Shown here: positions 9,594-19,835 of the stretch, piece after piece
How positions within the stretch are numbered: the first letter of the stretch is position 1
How the letters are laid out: each line of letters opens with the position of its first letter
Source: an uncultured bacterium
Lineage (GTDB): Bacteria; Babelota; Babeliae; Babelales; Babelaceae
Direction of reading: 5' to 3'
DNA: 64,000 nucleotides
Assembly (NCBI GenBank): GCA_963722385.1
Contig: CAVRKK010000002.1
Location: 1,056,001 to 1,120,000 of the forward strand
The notes under the pieces: generated by a model
The model's database searches: none
What the model saw: only the letters and a program-made list of their open reading frames with translations
Told to the model about the DNA's origin: nothing
Made by a program: the position numbers and the translations under genes

Positions 9594-10517
9594 TCAAGGA
9601 ACTGCTTCATCGCCCTTTTGCTTTGTTTGGAAATGTTCGATTGCTTGCTTAATGAGTTCTGGTGCGCTTATAAGAATAGAGACATGCTTGACGTTGGGCA
9701 GAATGCTAACGAGAGAGTTTTGTTGAATCGGCTCAGGCGCGAACGTGCTCAGACGAATTACTTTTTCTGGCAAGAACTGTTCATCGTGTTGGCCAACGTA
9801 GAGTGCGAAAGGTTGTCCTAGCTTGGCAAAAAGAGCCTGAGGGTTTTCAGGTATTATCCCGCTTAACAGGGTATAGGTGTAGGAAGGCAGTATAAGAGGG
9901 TCTTCTCGTTTAGTGGTTAAGGGATAGTTAAAAAAGATGGCTGGCGTATGGGCGAGGATCCGTCCTTTTGACAATCGAGCAATGGCCATTACCCATTTCC
10001 GTATTTTTTTGATGAAGCTGCGCTTTTTAGCGATCGGCCGCTGTGTTTGTGCTTCTTCTCCCCAATAGGGGGCAAGAAAAATATAACCAGCAATAGCGGG
10101 ATGGCATGAGTTGCTATAATTTAAAATAAGACCGGCTCCTGAAGAGTGGCCGACTAAATAGATCGGTACACCAGGATGTAATTGAGCGATATGGCGTATC
10201 ACCGTTTCCACATCAGCTACCACGTGCTGACTGCTTGGAGCATCCCCTCGCTTTCCTCCTGAGCTGCCATGTCCCCGTATATCAATGCAATATGCACCGA
10301 TGGTCGAATTTTGTTGAAGCTTCCAGCCAACCCATCGATAGGCGTTATTAGAATAAATGCCTGCTCCATGATATATGATAACAAGTGCGGATAAGCTATG
10401 ATCTGGCAAAAAAGAATAATAGATAAGTTGTTTGCCGTCCGTGGCATCGATGATGCGCGGTGCTGCTTTTATTTTTTCAAGAGCCTGGACCTCAGCCACA
10501 GAAAATGGGTACGCCAT
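9594..10517 (-). CDS. Alpha/beta hydrolase, lysophospholipase/monoglyceride lipase-like
   Basis: HG, DIRGHGSS..KRGD and GHSSG nucleophile elbow; Asp and His near the C-terminus. Confidence 0.88.
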   Translation of the reverse strand: MAYPFSVAEVQALEKIKAAPRIIDATDGKQLIYYSFLPDHSLSALVIIYHGAGIYSNNAYRWVGWKLQQNSTIGAYCIDIRGHGSSGGKRGDAPSSQHVVADVETVIRHIAQLHPGVPIYLVGHSSGAGLILNYSNSCHPAIAGYIFLAPYWGEEAQTQRPIAKKRSFIKKIRKWVMAIARLSKGRILAHTPAIFFNYPLTTKREDPLILPSYTYTLLSGIIPENPQALFAKLGQPFALYVGQHDEQFLPEKVIRLSTFAPEPIQQNSLVSILPNVKHVSILISAPELIKQAIEHFQTKQKGDEAVP

Positions 10518-10790
10518 GCTTAATGGTCCTTTATGATTATTTTTTCCCCCTTCTAGAATAGCTCAAGAACGGTTATAAAGCAAAGCGAGGTTGTGGAAAA
10601 GCATTTTGTCTATGTAAAAAAGTATGAATTTTGGCAAAAAATTTTCTTTGTTTATGTTTTGCTAAGAAACATTTAATTTACGGTGAGTTGCAAAATAATT
10701 TTTGATGTATTGACTTTATTTATTTTTGTTTGTTATTTTAAATTAGTAATATTTAATTTAAATTATTTACTAAAAACTAAAGGAAGAAAA

Positions 10791-11558
10791 ATGTTTGTCC
10801 GATTTCTTTATTCATTATCTTTTACATTTTTCTTAAGCGCTTTTATGCAAGCCAAGACAGAAACAATTGATTGCGCAAGGCCTACCGTGACGGCACGGAA
10901 TTCAATTAGTGAGATAGCGAAGGCATACCGTGAGTTTTTGCTAAGCTGTCATCCTGATAAAAGAAAGGGTTTTGCTAGTCCTAAGCAGATACATGACGAA
11001 TTTATAAAGGGCGAAGAGGCTTATAGCACATTATTACAAAGACAGAAAGAACCGTTTGAAATGAAAGAACCTCCATTTTATTCAATGAAAGAGGAGAAGG
11101 TAAGAAAAACAGGATTTGCGCGGCCACTTTCACCACTCGATGAAGAATTAGTTAAGGCGGTGAATTACCTCAATCAAGATGAAGTCGCACGCCTGCTTAA
11201 AAGAGGTGCAAAGGTGAGTGGACAGTCATTAGTTAAAGTAATCGAAATGCTAAGCGCCGATAGGTGCCTATCTTTTGACGGAAGTAGGCCAATGTTGGCT
11301 TTATTGATTGAACATATCAGCGATCCAAATATTACCAACGAAGTCGTTAATTGGGAAGAGTGCTATATAGCAGGCTTTTTAGAAGAGACTTATTGTGATG
11401 CTCGCACCGGAACTTTTTTTGAATACGTAGATTTTAAGTTAAAAGAAAAAGGCTACTTTGGCGAAAGAAGATGTAAAAATGCGCTCAGTAGTGAGGAAGC
11501 ACAGGCTATCTTTGATGCGGTTAATCGTGCCAAACAGCAAAGCCTTAATGAGCTATAA
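10791..11558 (+). CDS. Secreted protein with J-domain and an ankyrin-like repeat
   Basis: Signal peptide; EIAKAYREFLLSCHPDK...EAYSTL J-domain; LVKAV...VARLLKRGAKV ankyrin-like; AAGGAAG RBS. Confidence 0.8.
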   Translation: MFVRFLYSLSFTFFLSAFMQAKTETIDCARPTVTARNSISEIAKAYREFLLSCHPDKRKGFASPKQIHDEFIKGEEAYSTLLQRQKEPFEMKEPPFYSMKEEKVRKTGFARPLSPLDEELVKAVNYLNQDEVARLLKRGAKVSGQSLVKVIEMLSADRCLSFDGSRPMLALLIEHISDPNITNEVVNWEECYIAGFLEETYCDARTGTFFEYVDFKLKEKGYFGERRCKNALSSEEAQAIFDAVNRAKQQSLNEL

Positions 11559-12252
11559 AGATGAACCCTTTTGGAAAGAACTAAAACAGGGCAAAGAGGA
11601 ACTGTTTTACGGCTTAGCAAAAGAAAGACGTGCAGACTTATTTATGCTCGATAAGCTGTTTGAACAGAATAATATAAATCCTATCTTACAAGTGCTAGAT
11701 TTTCTTGCAAAACAAACTGATTCTCCTCTTTATTCAGCAAGAAAACTATTCTTATCTTCCCATCCATCAAATATCGAACGAGTCTTGTATATGGTAGGCT
11801 TCTTGAAGGATCACGGCGTTGATGTTAATAGTGCGCTTAAAAATTGGCAACGTCATGGTGTCTGTTTGCCTTTACAAATACAGGAACTTTTTCCTTCCTT
11901 TGTTAAAGAACAATCGTTAAGGTCTCAGATAGTGCGAACAAAATATGAACAATGGCTCGAGAAACAAAAACATGATTACGATCTATGGAAAAAACAACTT
12001 TATGAGACATGGCGTTTGGAAGGCATAGAAAACAATGACCAAAAATATGATTTATTATTGCGCGTTCTAGCCTCCTCAACTAATCGGCATGATGAAGAAG
12101 AGAGAAAACAAGCACTCTATAGCTATAATTTACTTCGAGAACGATATAACAAACCGGTCATAAGAAAATTTGAAAATATTGATCGAGATTGGCTTGACGC
12201 AATTGAAATGAAGTTATTCTTTGGAGAGGCAGAGAAGATAACCTTTCGGTAA
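11548..12252 (+). CDS. Protein resembling the C-terminal half of an M48 peptidase (no HEXXH); possibly a truncated gene
   Basis: ERRADLF and FLSSHPSNIER motifs typical of the M48 C-terminal region. Confidence 0.55.
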   Translation: MSYKDEPFWKELKQGKEELFYGLAKERRADLFMLDKLFEQNNINPILQVLDFLAKQTDSPLYSARKLFLSSHPSNIERVLYMVGFLKDHGVDVNSALKNWQRHGVCLPLQIQELFPSFVKEQSLRSQIVRTKYEQWLEKQKHDYDLWKKQLYETWRLEGIENNDQKYDLLLRVLASSTNRHDEEERKQALYSYNLLRERYNKPVIRKFENIDRDWLDAIEMKLFFGEAEKITFR

Positions 12253-12477
12253 ATTATGATAAAGCAATAAATGGGGAAATTTTGTTGGGTAGGATTACTT
12301 CCAACATGCTGTTAATATAGATTTCTTATCAATTATCGAAAATATCTCGGTGGCTAGATTTATGCTTTGTTGAAATATTGAGCGACAGGCATGATGTAAT
12401 ATTTAAATAAAAATATTGCAAGATAGAAAAAAATTATGCTATCTTGCTTATAATATATACTATTATGGAGATTTATT

Positions 12478-14241
12478 ATGAAAAAATTGCTAATTGTCGC
12501 CTATGGTGCGCTCCTTCTGAATCTGCATCTCATGGTGCATGGAGTTGCTCATGTGAGGGTTCAACCTGAGCCCGAGGAAGAGAATTCTCGCCAGGTGCTG
12601 CAAGAGCTCCAAGACCAAGTTCAAGATGTGGTTGCTGAGCTTCCTCGTCAGCTGATTCATGATTTAGTGTTGAGGAATCCCTACCGAACAAAAACAGCAA
12701 TGGTGAGGGAGACGGTGAGTGATGACATACCTAAGGCTGAGAAGAAATTTAGTAAGCAACGAGCAGGAATAACAAAGCATGCACTCGCCAAATTTTTAGG
12801 CAAGCCCGTTTCAGGAAGCGCGCCGCGGATAGCGCTTGCCTTTAGCGGTGGTGGTTTTAGGGCCATGATTAGCACCTTGGGATTTTTAAAAGGTGCTCAT
12901 GATATTAATCTTTTAGGCGCAACACATTATATGGCTGGGTTGTCGGGATCAAGCTGGGCATTAGCACCGTGGTTAGCTTCTGGCAAGAGCATAAGCGACT
13001 ATTTGACGGATCTTAGTGTTCGCTTGAAAGGTGGTATTCAGCCGCTCTCGCCATCCAAAGAGCTTATTAAAGCAGTGCTTTCTGTTTTTATCACAAAGTT
13101 TCTCTATGGACAATCGGTAACCGCCATGGATATCTATGGTGCATTATTAGCACGCTTGCTGCTTCACCAGGCTGGCATTAGCGGGATGAGTTTATCATTC
13201 AGTGATGCGCATAAACAAGTGGGTAGTGCGCGTATTCCGCTACCTCTTTATACGGCAATTGAAACAACGGTCAAGCCTTATGAATGGATGGAAGTTTCGC
13301 CTTTTGAAGTTGGTAGTTCATACGTTAAGTCATATGTACCAGTTTGGGCATTCGGAAGAACATTCGATAATAAGAACTCGGTGACATCCTCGAGCATGTT
13401 GGGCTTTGCCCCTGAGCAAACGCTTGGTTACTTTATGGCGGTTTTTGGTTCTGCTTTCGAAGTTGCGCTTAAAGACATAATAGAGCATTCGGCTGATATT
13501 ATTGATTTGCTGATGCAACATTTACCTGAAGCGATCGATGAGTATTTTGGTAAATCGACTTTTTATAGTATGACCTATGCTGCTTTTAAAGCAGTGGCAC
13601 CTAAAATCCTTGAAAATTTCTTTGGCGACCTCAGCAAGTATATTGAGCAAGCAGCCTCTTCATGGTCTGACATTCGCTTGCTGCCAGATGTGCAGCCAAA
13701 TTTTACGTATAATATGGCCGGTATGCCATTGGCCGATGTAAAAACGTTGTCCATGGTTGATGCCGGTATTGATTTCAATCTACCAATTCCTCCCTTGCTG
13801 CGGAAAGCGCGTGGTGTCGATGTTATTATTGCCTATGACCTGTCATCGAATATTAGCGGACCGCAAGGGGCTGCTGCATTAAGAAAAGCTGAAAAATATG
13901 CACGTGATCGTGGTTATAAATTTCCTTCTATTGACTACAAGCGCGCTGCTAAAGAACCGGTTAGCGTTTTTAAAGATCTTTCAGACCCAGAAACACCAAC
14001 GGTTATTTACTTCCCGCTGATTAATGATCCAGCATATAAGGTTACTCAATGCGATGCATCAGGCCAATGTACTGCCGTCCCCTTTAATATCGAGGACTGC
14101 ATGGCGGCTGGAGCCTGTGCAACCAGCAACTTCGATTATGATCGTGAGGATGTTGAGCGTCTTGCAGGATTGGCAGAGTTTACTATTAAAAAGCATGCAG
14201 ATGTTATTAAAAAGGCTGTTGAAGAAAAAATTCAGGCTTAA
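12478..14241 (+). CDS. Secreted cPLA2/lysophospholipase (PLA2_B-like) phospholipase
   Basis: SGGGFRA oxyanion/Arg motif, GLSGSSW nucleophile, VDAGIDFNLP catalytic Asp; signal peptide. Confidence 0.9.
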   Translation: MKKLLIVAYGALLLNLHLMVHGVAHVRVQPEPEEENSRQVLQELQDQVQDVVAELPRQLIHDLVLRNPYRTKTAMVRETVSDDIPKAEKKFSKQRAGITKHALAKFLGKPVSGSAPRIALAFSGGGFRAMISTLGFLKGAHDINLLGATHYMAGLSGSSWALAPWLASGKSISDYLTDLSVRLKGGIQPLSPSKELIKAVLSVFITKFLYGQSVTAMDIYGALLARLLLHQAGISGMSLSFSDAHKQVGSARIPLPLYTAIETTVKPYEWMEVSPFEVGSSYVKSYVPVWAFGRTFDNKNSVTSSSMLGFAPEQTLGYFMAVFGSAFEVALKDIIEHSADIIDLLMQHLPEAIDEYFGKSTFYSMTYAAFKAVAPKILENFFGDLSKYIEQAASSWSDIRLLPDVQPNFTYNMAGMPLADVKTLSMVDAGIDFNLPIPPLLRKARGVDVIIAYDLSSNISGPQGAAALRKAEKYARDRGYKFPSIDYKRAAKEPVSVFKDLSDPETPTVIYFPLINDPAYKVTQCDASGQCTAVPFNIEDCMAAGACATSNFDYDREDVERLAGLAEFTIKKHADVIKKAVEEKIQA

Positions 14242-14348
14242 TTATATACTTATGCTGTGCTACTTCTTTAGATGTCCACCGTAAATGATCTACTGTTATT
14301 CCTATCTTCCCATGGGTTATCATATTTGGCCAGGTTTCTCAAGACAAG

Positions 14349-14387
14349 ACTGGACAAATTTACTTTTCAAGATTATATTTGTCCAGT
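14349..14387 (+). promoter_or_regulatory. Inverted repeat overlapping the promoter of the DUF4143 ATPase
   Basis: ACTGGACAAAT...ATTTGTCCAGT, perfect 11-bp arms, overlapping TGGACA/TATATT. Confidence 0.6.
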
Positions 14388-14421
14388 TGGCATCGAATCA
14401 CCCAAGGACGGGACAAAATCA

Positions 14422-15597
14422 ATGATCATAACAAGAGACCTTGCCCCCAAACTTCTTTCAGCAGCCGCTCAATTCCCTGCAATCGCTGTCCTCGGGCCAC
14501 GCCAGTCAGGAAAAACCACATTAGTAACAACAACTTTTCCTGAATATCGTTATTTTTCTTTCGAAGATCCCCATGTTCGGGCGCTTGCTCGCGTTGATCC
14601 TCGTGCATTTCTTAATGAGTATAAGCATGAAGCAGGCCTTATTTTAGATGAAATCCAAAACATTCCTGAGCTTTTCTCATATCTGCAAACACATATAGAC
14701 CTTAATAAAAAAAAGGGATTTTTTATTATAACTGGCTCCCAGAATTTTGCGCTCAATCAGGCTATTACCCAAAGCTTGGCAGGCAGGATCGCCATATTTA
14801 CGCTATTACCTCTTTCCATTCATGAGTTAGAACAGGCTCAACTACTTCCTGAAAAAATTGATCAGCTCTTATTTAAAGGAGCTTATCCGTCAGTCCATGC
14901 TGATGGTATCAATGCATTAGATTGGTATCGGAGTTATATTGCTACGTATGTTGAACGCGATGTAAGGCAAATTAGAAATGTGACAGATCTAAATGCCTTT
15001 CAAAATTTTATGAAACTCTGCGCCGGTCGCGTTGGTCAGGTATTAAATATCACCTCACTCAGCAATGATTCGGGTCTCAGTGTTCATACCATAAAACAAT
15101 GGCTTTCGGTACTTGCGGCGAGCTATATAATATTTCTCCTGCAGCCCTACTATCGCAATTGGTCCAAGCGTGTTATCAAAGCACCTAAACTTTTCTTTTA
15201 TGATACGGGGATAGCGGTATCTCTCTTGTCGCTCAGCGAGCCGCAACAACTTTTTGACTACCACTTAAGAGGCAATCTCTTCGAATCATTCATTATAGCT
15301 GATTTTTTCAAGCAACGACTTAATAAAGGGTTAAATCCAAACTGCTATTATTGGCGCGATAAGGCAGGTCACGAAATAGACTGTATTGCAGAGAAAAATC
15401 AACACCTTATACCCATTGAAATTAAGGCAAGCCAAACCTTTAACAAAAGCTTTCTTGATTACGTGAATACATGGAACAAGCTTTCAAGCACTAAACCGGA
15501 AAATAACGTTCTCGTCTACGGAGGTGATATTAACCAAACAACTGCTCTAGGCCGTATTCTCGGGTGGCGATCTATAGGAAACCTTCTCGAGCCATAA
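14422..15597 (+). CDS. AAA_14 / DUF4143 ATP-binding protein
   Basis: GPRQSGKTT, ILDEIQ, TGS, LAGR, KAPKLFFYDTG, YYWRD...EID...IEIK. Confidence 0.92.
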   Translation: MIITRDLAPKLLSAAAQFPAIAVLGPRQSGKTTLVTTTFPEYRYFSFEDPHVRALARVDPRAFLNEYKHEAGLILDEIQNIPELFSYLQTHIDLNKKKGFFIITGSQNFALNQAITQSLAGRIAIFTLLPLSIHELEQAQLLPEKIDQLLFKGAYPSVHADGINALDWYRSYIATYVERDVRQIRNVTDLNAFQNFMKLCAGRVGQVLNITSLSNDSGLSVHTIKQWLSVLAASYIIFLLQPYYRNWSKRVIKAPKLFFYDTGIAVSLLSLSEPQQLFDYHLRGNLFESFIIADFFKQRLNKGLNPNCYYWRDKAGHEIDCIAEKNQHLIPIEIKASQTFNKSFLDYVNTWNKLSSTKPENNVLVYGGDINQTTALGRILGWRSIGNLLEP

Positions 15598-15690
15598 CAT
15601 TCATCTTAGAGAAAAGGCTGCTGTTTTTTGTCTTTTTTTAGTGTGTGATAACTGACTTGATTTTTTGCATTTATCGCTTGGGATGCGCAG

Positions 15691-16002
15691 TCAATGCAGA
15701 CTCGTTTTTATCCAATCAGCTACGCCTGCTGAAGCCATTTTGACTTCAAGCGCTGTCAATACAAAAGTCGTATAACTATGTAATTTTCTTACTTCTTGTT
15801 CAACGGCATTAAATGTACTTTCTACGGTATCCATAAGCAAAAGAACTTCTTTGGCACTGTCTAGGGAGCCTTGCCAAAGGAATGTTGCATTAACAGGCAA
15901 TGTCTTTGCACATGCTATAAGCTGTTTTTCTAATAAAATGGTAGCTATCGTGTCAGCTTCTGCCTGATGAGCACAGGTTAAAAAAAGCATGATTAATTTC
16001 AA
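15691..16002 (-). CDS. cutA: Divalent cation tolerance protein CutA
   Basis: LLEKQLIACA, FLWQG, E.LLLM, LHSY pattern; ~103 aa. Confidence 0.88.
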   Translation of the reverse strand: MKLIMLFLTCAHQAEADTIATILLEKQLIACAKTLPVNATFLWQGSLDSAKEVLLLMDTVESTFNAVEQEVRKLHSYTTFVLTALEVKMASAGVADWIKTSLH

Positions 16003-16043
16003 TACCTCTCCTTGTTACTGAGAGCTGATGCAAGCAAAACGTA

Positions 16044-17300
16044 TTACTCGCGAACAAAGATCCATGTTGAGCCTGAGCCGTCATTTGAGGTAGTATACGA
16101 AGGGCCGCCAACAGCAAGTACAGTGCCATCGGCTGATAAGGCTACCGAAGTTCCCTGAAAGCTAGGAGCCTGAGCAGGTGAACCGACCAGCTTAGGTCCT
16201 TCTTGCACCCATTGTTCTCCTGAGCGCCTAAACATCCAGACCGCCCCTATACGGTCATTATCCCCGACCCCACCAGCTGCAAGAGTATTACCATCGGCTG
16301 AAAGTGCTACCGAACTACCCATTTGCGATAAGCTCTTGGAATCAGACGCTATGAGTTTAGCTTGTGATTTCCATTGATCTTCCGAGCGAACGAATATTCC
16401 CGCGGTACCTCTATGGTCTTGGGAAGATGGCCAACCAACAGCAAGTGTGTTCCTATCAGCTGATAAGGCAACCGCTCCCCCTTGTCCACTAGCAAGTTTT
16501 GCTTGTTGAATCCAGTTTGTACCAGATCGAATAAAAATGTACGTTGATGGTACTAGGGCGGGAGCTCCGACGGCAAGCGTTTTTCCATCTGCTGAAAACG
16601 CTACAGCCATTCCCTGCCAATGTGCTGCATCTGCTCCTTTATCTACCAGTAAAGCTTCTTGCTCCCATGCTGTCTCTTCCTGAGCAAACAACCAGGTCGC
16701 TCCCGTTGCATTAACACTTGGTGCGCCAACTGCAAGAAGCTTGCCATCAGCAGAGATTGCCACCGACTGTCCTTGATGTTGACTCATGGTTAAGGAGCCA
16801 CCTGAGCCTACGAGCTTAGGACCCTGTTGCTCCCATTTACCATCTAACTGCTGGAATATCCATGTAGCTCCTATGGGTCCAGCAGGAATACGGCGATTAT
16901 CAAGGGGTCCGCCAACGGCTAAAATATCACCATTAGAAGATAGAGCGACCGAATAGCCCTGCCATGAAGCACCTTGGTATCCATTGCCTACAAGTCGAGG
17001 CCCTTGCTGTACCCACGTATCATTAGCTGACTTTGTAAATATCCATGTAGCGCCGAAGCTGATTTGGCTACCATAGAGGAAAGCGCCAATAGCAAGAGTG
17101 GAACCATCTGCTGATAGTGCTACCGATTTACCCTGATGCGATCCTTGAGTAAAGCCGGATCCTATTAACTGAGCTTGTTGTACCCATAAAGCTTTTGCAA
17201 GCTGCTCTCTTTTGGATAAGGAGTCAGCATTAAGTAACCCAGCTAAAGTTAAGATAAAGAAGCCAAAAGCGCACCTGTTATAAGAAACAAAATAGATCAT
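16044..17300 (-). CDS. Secreted FG-GAP-like beta-propeller repeat protein
   Basis: About seven repeats of W.Q..KLV...QG.SVALSADG.TLAVG; ATG 17300 with GGAGAG RBS. Confidence 0.85.
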   Translation of the reverse strand: MIYFVSYNRCAFGFFILTLAGLLNADSLSKREQLAKALWVQQAQLIGSGFTQGSHQGKSVALSADGSTLAIGAFLYGSQISFGATWIFTKSANDTWVQQGPRLVGNGYQGASWQGYSVALSSNGDILAVGGPLDNRRIPAGPIGATWIFQQLDGKWEQQGPKLVGSGGSLTMSQHQGQSVAISADGKLLAVGAPSVNATGATWLFAQEETAWEQEALLVDKGADAAHWQGMAVAFSADGKTLAVGAPALVPSTYIFIRSGTNWIQQAKLASGQGGAVALSADRNTLAVGWPSSQDHRGTAGIFVRSEDQWKSQAKLIASDSKSLSQMGSSVALSADGNTLAAGGVGDNDRIGAVWMFRRSGEQWVQEGPKLVGSPAQAPSFQGTSVALSADGTVLAVGGPSYTTSNDGSGSTWIFVRE

Positions 17301-17370
17301 GATACTCTCCCTATACTTAGGTAAATATGCTACCGAAATTTTAAAATGGTGGCAACTGTGTATTAAGCTA

Positions 17371-18486
17371 TAGACATCACATTTAGGTTTTAGACTTAAA
17401 GCCCAGCAAACTGTACTCAAAGAAAGTGTTATTTAAAAATTCAGCAAAATCATTTGATATTTGCTTGATATTATCGATGAAACGATTATGTGAAACATTT
17501 TTGCGAGCAGCTTTCCAAACCTTCTCTTGCGGGTTTTCTTCAGGAGCATATGCTGGAAAGTAGATTAAATCGATGTTTTTATCTCCTTTTAAAAATTCCT
17601 GGACGGCTGACCCTCGATGCCATCCTGCATTATCCCAAATCAAAAGCAATCTGCTTTTCGGATAATTACGTCTAAGCTGCTTTAACACATCTACTGTAAT
17701 ATACATGTTTTGTTTTTCTGTGATGAAAGCATGTTCTCGGCCTGTTTTTATGTTTAAAAACCCATAAAATGACCGATTTTCTCGTTTGCTTGCGACCTCA
17801 ATTTTAGGGTACTCGCCGGCGGGCAACCAAATTTTTTGGAATGTTGTTGTTGATGAAAGAATCATTTCGTCAGCAGCGAATATCTCGATCTGATCACTAT
17901 TCCAGGCTTTTTTAATTACAGGCATTACTTCTTCTTTCCATTTCTGAACCTGCTGTTCATCACGTTTCTGATAAACCTTTCCAGGCTTGTGAAATGTAAA
18001 ACGCGCTTCTTTAAAAATAAGATACAATGAGGTTTTTGATTTATATTTTACATCATATTGCTCGCGAATAAGATGTCCTAATGACCAAGTTGTCCAGTAA
18101 TCCTCATCAAATCCGTAATCTCGAGGAGTATTATTTTTGAGCGTCTCTAAAATTTGTGTTCGTTGGCCTTTAGTCAGCAGTGATCGAGTCTTTTTTTTAC
18201 GCTTGTCCCTAATCCCGTCGATTCCTTTCCGCAGAAAATTGTTTCGCAATGTAAATATTGAACTTCTTTTAAACCCAGTTAGCTCTTCAATAATTCCTAA
18301 ATCGAATCTTCTATTAAGCATTAAAATCGCTTGGCTACGCAGCGATTCTTTCGTGTTTGTTTTTGAAAATGCTTTAAGATCTTCAATTTGTGCTTGGTTT
18401 AAAACAATCTGTCTTGGCATTTTAAAACACTCCCTTTTGCCAAAACAGTTTACCGTTTTTAGTCTATTTTTAAAGTGTGATGTCTA
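17371..18486 (-). mobile_element. Complete IS630-family insertion sequence
   Basis: 26-bp imperfect TIRs TAGACATCACA...TAGACT at both ends; TA duplicated at 17369-17370 and 18487-18488. Confidence 0.93.
17383..18420 (-). CDS. IS630 DDE transposase
   Basis: HTH N-terminus, WT...L..LI, ADE, WDNAGWH, PAYAPEENPQEKVW. Confidence 0.95.
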   Translation of the reverse strand: MPRQIVLNQAQIEDLKAFSKTNTKESLRSQAILMLNRRFDLGIIEELTGFKRSSIFTLRNNFLRKGIDGIRDKRKKKTRSLLTKGQRTQILETLKNNTPRDYGFDEDYWTTWSLGHLIREQYDVKYKSKTSLYLIFKEARFTFHKPGKVYQKRDEQQVQKWKEEVMPVIKKAWNSDQIEIFAADEMILSSTTTFQKIWLPAGEYPKIEVASKRENRSFYGFLNIKTGREHAFITEKQNMYITVDVLKQLRRNYPKSRLLLIWDNAGWHRGSAVQEFLKGDKNIDLIYFPAYAPEENPQEKVWKAARKNVSHNRFIDNIKQISNDFAEFLNNTFFEYSLLGFKSKT

Positions 18487-18507
18487 TAGCTATACCTCAA
18501 ATCACTC

Positions 18508-18897
18508 TTATTGGCAACTATTAGTTAGGCCTAATGTTACCATGCATGGTGCTGGGCTATAGTTTGTAAGAACGATAGAGCTTGGCAGGTGTAGCATGTT
18601 GCGGCTGATTTCAAGAGGGTAGGTTCCTGGCTCTGCGAAGTCACAGGGTATTTGAGCGCTCAGAGCCGCCAGGTTAAGGGAACGGATATGTTTGCGCAAT
18701 CCCCGCAGTGTTATGAAAAGCGAGCTCGGTGCTTTTTTAACCATAAGCTGGCTGTTTGCTTTTAGATAAAGGGGAATTTTGCAGGTAAAGTCTATCATAA
18801 ATGCATCGCTCAGGAGTGACCAAAGAACATAAGCAATAACACAAGCGCTTATTTTAAGTAAGCTCCTGCTTCGTAAAATTATGCTGAGGCTGAGCAT
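18508..18897 (-). CDS. Short CdaR/YbbR-like membrane protein
   Basis: LKISACVIAYVLW anchor, ITLRG, PGTYPL; directly downstream of the cdaA-like gene. Confidence 0.7.
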   Translation of the reverse strand: MLSLSIILRSRSLLKISACVIAYVLWSLLSDAFMIDFTCKIPLYLKANSQLMVKKAPSSLFITLRGLRKHIRSLNLAALSAQIPCDFAEPGTYPLEISRNMLHLPSSIVLTNYSPAPCMVTLGLTNSCQ

Positions 18898-19720
18898 GAT
18901 GATAGGTATCCTTTTGTATAGTCGGCGATTTGGCCAAATACTTCTTCAAAAGCGCAAGCATCTGCCATGCGCTTAAATCTTCTACAATTTTGCCTTGCGC
19001 GATGCACGTAAACAGCCGTGAATTGACGCAAACCCTTATGACGATCGCATCAGTTTTTGTCGAAAGAAAAACGGCGTCTTGCTTCCATGCTTGCTGAGCA
19101 TCAAGTGGGCTCGTAAACCATTGGACGTCAACGGGCATGCCCAATCTCGCGTTAATGGCGATCAGCTTGCCGGTTTGCTCAATCCAAAGCATCTGACCAG
19201 CTGCCGTATTTACATGGTCAACAAGAATTTCCAGCAGCTCTTTTTTTATATCTGCATTGAAATAATAAGGCGCTGTCAGAAGCGTTTTGAGGTTGTCGCT
19301 TCTTTCTATTAAGCAAATAAGCTCCTTATGCTTGTTAAGGACGCTTAAGCAGGTGCGCACGAGTTCATCGAGCCAGGCAAAGTCATGGTGGGCCGGTGGT
19401 TTAATAATTTTAGCGACAATCAGGTTCTTCTGAAGGCTTTGTTGATGCATCAGTATCAAAAGCATAATAGCAATGGGGGCGCTGATGAGTAATATGGTAC
19501 TGAGCACGGCAAGCTGCGCATAGTAAGCGATAATGGTAAGACCGGCATAAATATGAAAAAAAAGCACGGGGTAGGAACTTTTGTCTTTATTGAGCCATGT
19601 TAAAAAGAGATAAATAAGCCCCGCGAGAAGCGTAACCTCAAAAAAGTCACGCCAGGTGTAGAGAGCAAGAACTATTCTGGTAACCTCGCGAAAATGCTCG
19701 AGAAACTCCACGTGCTTCAT
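18854..19720 (-). CDS. CdaA-like diadenylate cyclase homolog with degenerate active site
   Basis: Three N-terminal TMs (WRDFFEV..LIY), LIER..L, STKTDAIVI; DGA and RHR motifs absent. Confidence 0.72.
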   Translation of the reverse strand: MKHVEFLEHFREVTRIVLALYTWRDFFEVTLLAGLIYLFLTWLNKDKSSYPVLFFHIYAGLTIIAYYAQLAVLSTILLISAPIAIMLLILMHQQSLQKNLIVAKIIKPPAHHDFAWLDELVRTCLSVLNKHKELICLIERSDNLKTLLTAPYYFNADIKKELLEILVDHVNTAAGQMLWIEQTGKLIAINARLGMPVDVQWFTSPLDAQQAWKQDAVFLSTKTDAIVIRVCVNSRLFTCIAQGKIVEDLSAWQMLALLKKYLAKSPTIQKDTYHHAQPQHNFTKQELT

Positions 19721-19835
19721 TACTTGCTCTCCTTTCTCTCTAACAATACAAGAAATCGTTGTTTATTGGAAAGAGTTACTTATGCTGATTACTAATTTCT
19801 GCCGGCCTTCGATTTATATAGTACTGAGAAGCGTA

